Source of the DNA: Octopus vulgaris
Lineage: Eukaryota
DNA: 64,000 bases
Reading direction: 5' to 3'
NCBI GenBank assembly: GCA_951406725.2
Contig: OX597815.1
Location: 149,792,001-149,856,000, forward strand
The notes under the pieces: generated by a model
The model's database searches: none
What the model saw: the letters and a program-made list of their open reading frames with translations, nothing else
What the model was told of the DNA's origin: nothing
Shown: positions 53,112-64,000 of the stretch, in pieces
How positions within the stretch are numbered: the first letter of the stretch is position 1
Layout: each line of letters begins with the position of its first letter
Translations under genes and position numbers: made by a program

Positions 53112-53991
53112 CAAAAGAGGGAATGGTGTTTCCACGCAGGAAAAAAATGTACGAAAATGTGCTGTTGAAAATGCACTTACATTTCAAAAGCTCGTATATG
53201 TTTAAAATACATTCATTTACATATATTCCATACTAGTTTCAAAGTATTTTTTGTTTATCAATGGTAAAAGTGTAAAATTAGAAAAACATCATTATAAGTT
53301 GCAAGTTTGACGATTCAAAATGTTTCAATGTTGACAAACTAAAATGTTTCAATGTTGATAAATTATCATGTTCAAAACAGGTGTATGTTTGAAATTAAAA
53401 CTGTATATTAATTTGTTAGAATGTACAAGGTTCATTGACCACGGACGAAAAACGTCAATCAATTTTTTAACGAATCAAAATCAGATCCGCTCGCAGAAAA
53501 AAGAATTATAAATACATATTTCCCTAAACATACCATTACATGTAAAAGCGACTGTTTAAACAAGATCTGAGAAACCGTAAATTTCCCCTTATTTTACTAT
53601 TTTAATTCTCACACTTGCTTTTTTCAGTATGACTTGTCGATCACCACTGAAATTAATGAACCTTGTACATTCTAACAAATTAATATACAGTTTTAATTTC
53701 AAACTTACACCTTGTTTTGAACGTGATAATTTATCAACATTGAAAAATTTTAATTTATCAACATTGAAACATTTTAGTTTGTCAACGTTAAAACATTTTG
53801 AATTGTCAACATTGAAACTTATAGCAATGTTTTTCTAATTTTACACTTTTACCATTCATAAACAAAAAATATTGTTGAAACTCGTAAATAAATGTATTTT
53901 AAACATTTACGAGCTTTTGAAATTTAAGTGCATTTTCAACAGCACATTTTCCTATATTTTTCCTGCGTGGAAACACCAATCCCTCTTTTGT
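53111..53991. mobile_element. Large fold-back element (arms about 330 bp) in (TA)n
   Basis: 53111-53438 is the reverse complement of 53653-53991. The arms contain short tandem tcaacattgaaa subrepeats. Confidence 0.92.
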
Positions 53992-54132
<141 letters not shown>

Positions 54133-54133
54133 C

Positions 54134-54203
<70 letters not shown>

Positions 54204-54204
<1 letters not shown>

Positions 54205-54660
54205 CCAAATACCGCGATGCTGTAAAATACCAACCAGAATCTGACTGTAAATCCCCCTTAAGTCTTCATATTGCACTAGGAGAGAAGACAGAAATACAAA
54301 ATAAAACTAGTAAAAAGTTATTGGATAATTCGAGATCCCGGATTTCTGAATTTGCATTTAGAAATGCTTTGCCTCATCAGTGGAATATACGATGTTTCCT
54401 ATGGTATTCTCTATAAGGCTGACAAGGTGACTTAGGTTCTTCAATACTCGGCGATATAGTAATGCGTCACTGATGAAGATTAGTTACATCTGAAATCAAT
54501 ACTGATATAACTGCATCTTGTGTAAGGAGGGAACCTGTCTCCCTTGTCAGCCGTTGGAAAATTGCTCTGTTCGTGGCTAAGAGTTGTTTTGACTCAGATT
54601 TCTAGCAATTCTGTTGCTTATTCGCACCCTCCATCTTTGTAGTGATGACTGTACTTGCCT
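54204..54660. mobile_element. Diverged inverted element with two outward-facing hammerhead cores
   Basis: Minus-strand core at 54386-54328 and plus-strand core at 54466-54506. The arms resemble 12242-12422. Confidence 0.6.
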
Positions 54661-56489
54661 ATATATTATATATACTGAGGTAGTTCATATAAAATACTCT
54701 GAATACCCTTTCACACAAAATTGCAAATGATAAGCTGGTTGTTGTTATTCTGAAAATTATAGCGATGCATAGCAAATTAAATCACTATCTGTTGCCCTTC
54801 TTACGTCATAAGAATCTTCGCCACTGTCGTGGTCAACGTCGTCGTCGTCGTCTTCTCTTTATCTTCATCATAATCAGCAGGGACACCATCGTCATGCTCT
54901 TTATTCTCTTTCACCTATTTTCATTATCGTAATTATCTTGGAAGTATATCATATATCTTGAAGCATCAACCAGACCGGCTCGCTGTCGTCCATTAAGCAA
55001 CAGACAAATATCGTGCGAACGTAGCTGATATCCTCTGTCTCGAACAATGCAGACAAAACAGTGTCTACCACGTATATAAGTTACCTCGTTTGACATGTTA
55101 TTATATGGCGAAGAACGTTCTGTTAGCTGTAAACAGATTTTCCATTTACCGTGTTTTAAGACAACCCGAAATACAATTTTCCTTAGTAAATTAAAAGTTG
55201 AATAATATTTCAGTTTCCACTTAGGTGAAGCATACGAGCTAAAGGTGCCAGATTCTTGTAATCTTGACTTATTTGCTGAAGACACACAACGAGTCTCAAC
55301 AATATAATTACTTTAGTTACCAGCAAGGAAGTGTGTTTGCAGCATCAAACAACATTAAGGCGCCCCATTAGTTTCTACTGAGAGCAAGTATCTCTTATAT
55401 TTTGCTCATCAATTTAGAAAGCTTTAGGAACCAAAGACTAAGTCGGGTAAAATGCATGTAAATTCCTTCAACGAAGGTTAACTTATTATAAACAGCAAAC
55501 TTATATTTTTATACCAAAATTCAGTCATTGGTGATAACATTAGAATGATATATTTTTAGCTGCAATGTATTCACCCATTACTAGACTAAGTCTGACCTTG
55601 GAGAATACCACTAATACCAACGTTAGTATAAATATGCCTGAAGGTATATATCTAACGTTAAATAAATCTATAACTGGACATGACAAAGGTGACGGAAAAA
55701 GAAACTACCAAACATAGAGAACAGCTATCGAAAATACATTTTCGACATTTATCATGTTGTTAGATAATTTTGTTCGTGCATATGTAGTTGCAAGAAATGA
55801 TGGAACCTTTCTCGCCATCACTCAGTATTGACCCAGTGCAACACGGAGGAATGTGACAACTGGCGAGAGAGACAGAGAGAGAGAGAGAGAGAAAAAAAAA
55901 CTGATGGTGCAGCACCTGGTCAGTACTCGCTTATAGCTACGCAGACTGCATCAACATGAGGTGCATCAACATGAGGTGCATTAAGAGATGCATTGCGCTG
56001 CTTTGTTCCTGAACTGAACCACAACTGTATATACATGAGGTGACCATCTTAAACACAACCCTCAGATACCTTCAGTTAAAACCAATGAGAACAACGTAAA
56101 ATAAAACAATAAAGTTTTATGTCTAATGGTAGGCGAGATAAGGGAAAGCTGCTGAAATATCCAGCAATATTAATGGGTATAAACACAATATTCAAGTTGT
56201 TTACTGGATTCAAATATAATAAATTAATGGCTTAATGAGTTATGAGATATAATCAAATTAAAAATTAAATATTATTCCGCTTTGAATATTATGTACACAG
56301 GATATATTTACACCAAACACAGGGAGACAAAGGAAATAGATTTAGATAATTGTTGTATAAAATAAATGTTGGAAACTACTGACTGTGATGAATAAAAACG
56401 AAAGCTATTAGAAAGAAATTATCTGACAGATTTTTAAAAAATCCTTTGGAAATAAAATGTGGATGTGGAGTTAAACAGACATTTGAAAC

Positions 56490-56660
56490 TACGTTGCTTT
56501 AGGTTCAGTCTCATTGTCTGGTAGGTACATCATCGGGCAAGTGTCTTCTATAATAATGCACCGATCAATGGCTTGTAGACATAAAGTGTGTGGAAGTTTT
56601 CTTATGTGTTTGTACGAATGTGTGCGCATATCGTTGTGTTTGTATTTACGTTCCAGTTAC
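56490..56660 (+). mobile_element. Degenerate SINE family A fragment
   Basis: ggttcagtc...gggcaagtgtcttcta. Confidence 0.5.
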
Positions 56661-58968
56661 TCACTTGTGGAATAAAATATTTTTGATAGAATAATATAAG
56701 ATTTTGAATGTATTTATTTGAATGATTAAACGTTTTGATGTAGTCTTTCGTATGCCCGCAACTGAATGAGGTAAACTAGTACATTATAGAGAAATAAATT
56801 ACATAGAATTCTGGCATTACGAACAACTGGAATAGTAATGAGGCTAGGACAGGGATGTAGCTGCAAGGTTGTGGGTATAATTAAGAGCAATAAAAAAATT
56901 ATATTATACATGTGATATAGAATAACAGAAACTGTGCCAAAATAGCATTGACGTATTTCATTGGTTAAAAACAACTATTATAAACAAAAAGAAGTAAAGT
57001 TCCTTGACTACTCTCATCACAAACTGGAAAACCAACGAGATAGCTTGACTAGCTAGAAACAGAAACCAAATATTCCTTAAAACACATTACACAGTATTGA
57101 ATGAATTAAAAATACCTTAGAAAATATAGTCTCTCACATGGAAAATAACAGAGCAATCTCGACTGAATCACAGCCTACTTTCTCATTGAACAATTGGTCA
57201 TTGTGGTCTATACTCTGTAATGAAATCGTGACGCTTATATGAATGTACAATAAAAACACAAACAAATTTAACAGGAAGAGTAACAAGAAAATATCTTTGT
57301 AGTCTGCGGCAGAAAAACATCCTAAACTTCAAACGGTCACTAATATTACACAAATGGTATTATGCAGATGGGAATGGAATCATCATGTATGTAGTGTGTC
57401 GGCGTATTTTTTAGAGTATGGTTTAGAGTGTCGTACACCGAGCATTTACTGTTGAAACATTAACGATGAATAAGAGGTGATTTTGTCGTAGCTTATATAT
57501 AAGAGCGAAAGAGGAACTCTGATCAAGGCCAAAAATTTGTTAGTAATAGCAACAATGTAACGTCTACAGGTTTATTTTATGACGAAGGCATGGATAACGA
57601 TATCTGAAACAGTTCTTGTGGTCACAATTGAAAACATTTGTTCCGTATAAAACTAGTGGATGGCCAAAAGAGTCGACATGCTCATAACTGCTAATGTATA
57701 GAAGCAAATCGCCAAGCTAGCAAAATCTTCAACACAGTCCAGGCAAACAACACCATTTATAACAATAAAGAAACACATCACACAACAACATAAAAATGAA
57801 GCAATTACTCGCAAAGCAAATAGAAAACACAGTAAAAACAACCTTCAAAACTCACAATAATAAAACTACTTGCGTTATTATACTCTCACCATCAACAACA
57901 AAAATAACTATATCATCGGCGATGATACAAATAAGGCAAAGAATAAAAACCAGCAAAAATTCAAACATAAAATGTATAAGCCAGTCAAAGTCTTATTAGA
58001 CATAGCATTTATTTTTCCTTCATATCTTCTCACCATTGACATTCACTTCCAATTATTTCACTGTTTCCATAGAAAATTTATATCTTCCAATCAACAGAGC
58101 CGTCTATTCTACTTGGTTTGTTTTTTTTATATAAGTTTTGTTCTTTTTGATTAATTTAAAGTTACAGTTTTATAATATTTGACTTCAACGTTCTTTTGTG
58201 CGATTTCATGTGTATTTCTACTTCAAATAATGAAACACAAACGCAATTTTAAAAAATATATACATACATACATACATGCATATATATGTATATATATATA
58301 TACATATATATGCATGTATATATATGTATTTGTATATATATATATATATACATAGATACATACATATATACACAAATGTATGTATGTATATGTGTGTGTG
58401 TATGCGTGTGTGTTGTGTGTGTATATGTGCATGTATGTGTGTATGTTTGTACGCATGTGTCTGTGACACTGTGCACATCTGTCGTCTCTGTGTATGTTTA
58501 AGTTATTGTTAATGTATGCGTTTGCTACGTGTCCTTCCCTTCTAATGGTTGATGATTTAATGCAGCAATGGCTTCTCTTAACCATTAAACTTTAAAACAA
58601 CCCTGCCGCATTGCAAATGCTGTCGAGAAGAAAACAAATTCTCATATTCATTATATTGATACAATTAGTCTTTCTAATTTCTAAATTTGTATTTATACTT
58701 TTTATGTGTTTTACGGTTCCTTCCGTCTTATTTTGATATGAATATTTTTTTCGTTCTCCCTATTGGTGAGTATGACCCTGTATACATGTGATTGTCTCTC
58801 CATGTGTCTGTGTTCTAAGATATATATAAATAAATATACACACATGCATACACATATATATATATATATTTATATGCATATGCATATATCCATATATGTA
58901 TATATATATACATATATGCATGTATATATATATATATATGTATAAATATATATATATATATATTTGAA

Positions 58969-59030
<62 letters not shown>

Positions 59031-59129
59031 CATGCATCAATGTGTATATACACTCGTATATAAGAATACGCTTATGTACACAGATATTCAAGACATGCAT
59101 ATACGCTTGCCCGTATATACGTATTTGTT

Positions 59130-59167
<38 letters not shown>

Positions 59168-61106
59168 TGTGTGTGCACCACTGTATATGTATAGAGGATA
59201 TTAGAGAGAATGCGAGGCGAGAAAAAAAGATAGGTTGGGAAAATGGGCGTAGGTGAAAATTTTGCATAAATGCGCTGGCAAGTTAATATCGGACGGTTTA
59301 AATTCACAATTAAGTAATTAAAACATTGAGGAATACAAAGGAATGCAATAGAACTGTAAATTTATTGCTGACGTGACTATAAAAGATTTATTCTTTGGAC
59401 AACTCACGAAGAATAGTGTTTATCAACTTCTGGAGATTACAACTAGACTTTGTTATCCGGGCAACATGCTGACTTTAATGAGGGGAGTGCAAATTGAAGA
59501 ATGCAACTGCATATAGCTGTGCATTTTGATTGTTGCGCTATATATGTGTGTATATGTATGTGTGTGTGTTTGTGAGTGTGTACACGCGTGTGTGTTTAAC
59601 TCTTGCTTAGAGAGACGAAAGGCAGAACTTATAGTAAGCATAACGTAGGCAGACGGCAAGAAGTGTGCGAAAATGTACTGAAATTAATCGATTGCAGAAG
59701 GAAAAGAGAAAATCTATTTTGTTTATTTCTGCATTTTTTGGGAAAATCTATTTATCGGCAGCAGAAAAACAGAAAGCTTACACATGGGTATTTTGAGTGT
59801 AAACATATATATTTCTCTATTTTTTTTTTAATATTCGTGCGATGTTGTATAACTATATTATTTCCATTTTCTGTTTAGTGAAGACGTTGTTACGAAATAC
59901 ATGTCTTAATATTAGGTTCTTTCTCACTATGTAAAAACTACACATAGAAGGTGTAATGAGATAGAGAATAAAATGACGTTTGTTATTTTCCCAGATGTAT
60001 TTGCAAAAGTTATCTAATATCCGTCGCTTTACGTTTCGGTATATCAGCAACAGACTCCATGCAGTATGCTGCTTTCCATTCACCGAAACACTATATTAAC
60101 CAATCCAACCCATTTCCTCATATTATCACCGATGACTCGTCATTTCGGGTTTGACCAGTGAAATTGCTTGGGCTACATACAAGTCAATAGCATAAGCTGA
60201 ATTATCTCCATATATTCATCAACCTAAGTCTTGCTTCTTAGAATACAAAGAGCTATCGATCACAATGAATTCAAATGAGGGATTATAGTTCGTCTTCCTC
60301 TGACTAAGATTTTTACATTAAACCTTATTCTTCTCCTCATCCTTACGGAAAACCATATTCTTTTACACTTTACATGCCATTGCAGGTCGCCTATACTTTC
60401 TTGTCTTTTGGTGTTTGACCATTCAAATTGTTAGGTCTGCATACAGGTCATAACACAAGCTCAGTTCCTTCCAAACTCTCTTAACTTTTCTTCGTACGTG
60501 TTTTCTATGTAATATTTTACTAAAACCGAAAAAACAAATTGCTATACAAATATTTAATGCTACACAAATGAATATTCATGTTGTATATGTTTAACGCAAG
60601 GTCTAAATTTTTCCAGTCGACCTATTTCGAGAAGAGCTCGAACCATGTTCTCCACTTTTATTTTACTATGGCTATATTATCCAATACATTTCTTGTAAAA
60701 ATACAGTACGGTGTGATATAAAGAAGATATAAATTCTACATTTGGTTGCGTGATCGAACACGCAGAGGATTTCTCCTCGGCGGTATGGTCGATCGATTGT
60801 TGAATCCATACGACTGTCTCCCTTTCACTTGGAAATTATTATGCTCCATTTTGTTTTCAAACGACAGGTGTTGTGTATAAGTAATGCTTCAACTACAAAT
60901 CTTTGGTTTTATATTGGAGTAAATGTCCATCTGTTCACCACAAGTTCACTTCAAACTATCACATACGCGAGCACACACAAACACACATACATATACACAC
61001 ATATATAAACGAGGAATGTATGAAAGGTTTTGAGCCTTCAAAGCCTTTGAGACTTGAAGTCTTGTACCATATTTTGTATTTTTCAGGCACAAGAATTTTC
61101 ATACAC

Positions 61107-61180
<74 letters not shown>

Positions 61181-61181
<1 letters not shown>

Positions 61182-61375
61182 TCTCTTTTACTTGTTTCAG
61201 TCACTTGAAGGCGACCATTCTAGAGCACTGCCTTTAGTCGAGCAAATCGACGCCAGGATTTATTCTTTGGAAGCCTAGTACTTATTCTATTTGTCTCTTT
61301 TGCCGAACCGCTAAGTTATGGGGACGTAAACACACTACCATCAGTTGGGGGACAAACACAGACACACAAACATAC

Positions 61376-61444
<69 letters not shown>

Positions 61445-61582
61445 CGATGGGCTTCTTTCAGTTTCCGTCTTCCAAATCCACTCACAGGGCTTTGGTCGGC
61501 CCGAGGCTATAGTAGAAGACACTTTCCCAAGGTTCCACGCAGTGGGACTGAACTAGTAGCCATGTGGCTGGTAAGCAAACTC
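61181..61582 (-). mobile_element. SINE family A, nearly full length
   Basis: Collinear with 30793-31209. Confidence 0.9.
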
Positions 61583-61827
61583 TCTTTAGGGAAAACTCCT
61601 TCAGATTACAGCGACGTTGAAACAGCTGAACAGGAAGACACCCGGAAGTCATGCTAATAACTAACTACGGGACTTTGGATTCAACCATCCCCTATTCTTC
61701 AATTACTTCACAATGGATTTAATGAACTTTGAACACAACTAAAATATAAGACTTTCGAATCATCGGAGATTTTCTTCTCCGATTTCTCCCTCTACTTTCG
61801 CTCTATTCTCCTCTTTGTCTTTCTCTG

Positions 61828-61907
61828 CCTTCTGATGACGCCAACCATTTGCAACGAGGTAAATACATATTTACCTCTACTACGATACACAGAAACTGCA
61901 GTAAATT
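61828..61907 (+). ncRNA. Candidate hammerhead with weak stem I
   Basis: CUGAUGA-C...hairpin gaggtaaat/atttacctc...A-GAAACUGCAGUA. Confidence 0.5.
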
Positions 61908-62629
61908 CACTCTTACCCACACCTTAATTAAATAATGGCTTTTTAGCACCACAGACACACTTCTATTCGTTGTTTCTCCTCCATTTCCTTATCCTCTCTC
62001 TATATATAAGTTCAGATACATATATTTATAGGTAACTAATTAGTGCAGAATCATTCTGCATATTTGTTCCTCCTCCTCTTATTCCTACTCTTCCTACTCC
62101 TCCTACTCATCCTAATCATGCGCATAATCACCATTATCAACGAGCATGAGATCATGGTGAACTATAAAAATATAGACGAATATTACTGGACCACAATAAT
62201 CGTCTTACTGTCAATTTCCTCACGTAACGTTTGAACTTAAGATCAGCTAAAGTCGTATACCACATAATAATATGAGCTAATCTGCGCTCCCACCCCGCGA
62301 CACTAACCCGCCATCATAGTAAAACCTCTGAGTAAAAGATAGATCTCATGCATTATGTTTGACAATAGAAAAGAGAATTAATAATCGATTCCCATAACCT
62401 AATCCTCCTCATGAAATACAATCAATACATTTCGCAACACTAATAACTAAATTGATAAGCGGTGATATTCCGCTGAGATTTATGAATGAGATAAACTCCT
62501 TTATTTAAGTATAAAGTAAAGTATAAAGGTTATGGCAATTTTCAAGAGCTTATCGCAAGCAATTACGTTTATTATAATACGTCAAATCCTACACATATCT
62601 ATCTTTCAATGTATGCATATAAGCGTGCA

Positions 62630-62693
<64 letters not shown>

Positions 62694-62734
62694 AGATAGA
62701 TAGATTCGTGAATAAATGTCCCGTAGGATGTGTC

Positions 62735-62795
62735 TTATGCCATGATCTACCTCATCAAAAGCTTTCGAGAAGTCACGACATATCACGACATCTGA
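62735..62795 (-). pseudogene. Tiny CR1-type RT fragment
   Basis: [18 protein letters not shown] matches the D.IYLDFSKAFD.V.H motif. Confidence 0.65.
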
Positions 62796-62867
62796 AACAT
62801 ACATGCATGGATGCATGCATGCATACATATATACATACATACATGCATACATACATACATACATACA

Positions 62868-62972
<105 letters not shown>

Positions 62973-63974
62973 CAATTAATAATATCAGGGTAATAAAAAT
63001 TTTAGAAATTTTTACCACCACTGGCCTAGCGTGTACAAAAATTAGTCAATAGACTAAATATAATATTCATATGAATGCAGTGTACAGTTAAACACATAAG
63101 AGGTATCCGTCATAGGGTTTCTGCCTAATTTGGCGAAAAATCCACATACAAATTGTTTTATATGTTTATGCATGTATCCATGTATGACGGATAAATGGAA
63201 TTATGTGTACAAACATATTTACGCAGGCATTACGTTCGGTGTATGTAGGAAGAACTGAGTGCAAAATGTTAATTAGCTAAGATCTTTTAATTCATTACCA
63301 GCAGAGGATGTATAAATCCTAAACATGTGTTTCACGTTATGTATTTTTCAAAGAAATGGACAACCTAAAACATTTTTGTTATTTTCGATCAGCAACAACA
63401 AGAATAATTATAATAATAAATAGCATTAACCACATATATATACCTAACGTACATACTTCGTATATTAAGCAATGGGCTTCTACTGGCGCGGTGGAGATAT
63501 TCACTTTCAAACAGGCGAGATAATCTACCTTCAATCCCATATAGGAGTAAGGGACGTCGATGCGCCACCATATTTATGGCTTGTCGACATCACGTACCCA
63601 AAAGAATTGGAGGCGAACGCCCTCACTAGTCCACGACTCATATGATCCTGGAATGCAAAATCATGTACGGGTATGCTCGACAAATGCATACGTAAGAATA
63701 AATTTAAATATAAAATAGAAGCAGTTTTAGTGTAATAAATAATCAACTACATATACTTGGCATATATGCTTCGTGTATGTGCCAATGGGCTGCTATGTAT
63801 TTGTCGAACATACACGTACATGATTTTGCATACCATGAGATTACGAGTGGGAACCGGGGAGGTCATTCGCCACCGATCCTCCAAAGAGCAACACGGTAAA
63901 GGAAAAGAATAGAATATTTATAAATATATTATTTATACGTATACAAAATACATACATATATATATATATATATA

Positions 63975-64000
63975 TTTCTTTACTACTCACAGGGGGCTAA
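63975..64000 (-). mobile_element. Tail of a SINE family C copy at the window edge
   Basis: tttctttactactcacagggggctaa matches 35523 onward. Confidence 0.6.

Noticed and set aside
53720-53820. 21-bp-period repeats as a CRISPR-like array
   Set aside because: These are tandem subrepeats without unique spacers, with no cas genes and in a eukaryotic context.
55085-55126. Possible short minus-strand exon (tttacag ... gtaact)
   Set aside because: There is no homology, and such signals are frequent by chance.
55947-55992. 15-bp tandem tgcatcaacatgagg
   Set aside because: It is an ordinary local slippage duplication.
63598-63647. Possible 50-nt minus-strand exon (ttttgcattccag ... gtacgt)
   Set aside because: The splice-like signals are plausible but the peptide is unrecognisable. 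It needs RNA-seq support.

Overview
This is an AT-rich eukaryotic, non-genic (intronic or intergenic) window saturated with microsatellites and decayed transposons. The repeat inventory resembles a coleoid cephalopod (octopus-like) genome, which is an inference from recalled repeat families. I found no intact host gene, and most track ORFs are translations of (TA)n, (CA)n, (TACA)n, (GATA)n, (TAT)n or (GAA)n repeats. Recognisable elements are mariner, Tc1 and maT-like transposase relics, a Tc2/pogo-like MITE, a Helitron Rep fragment, CR1, RTE, Tx1-like and HERO-like LINE fragments, Penelope RT and GIY-YIG fragments, at least three tRNA-derived SINE families, a tRNA-Lys pseudogene and many fold-back inverted repeats. 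The main unexplained signal is about a dozen type I hammerhead ribozyme motifs (CUGANGA...GAAA-palindrome-UH, intact or variant) in short non-coding inserts, mostly sitting in (TA)n tracts. These include a 355-bp tandem dimer with one hammerhead per unit (retrozyme-like, 14972-15683) and a tRNA-headed SINE whose tail carries a hammerhead and has a Penelope-style inverted tail copy (22763-23153). All alignments and folds were done by eye, so boundaries are approximate.
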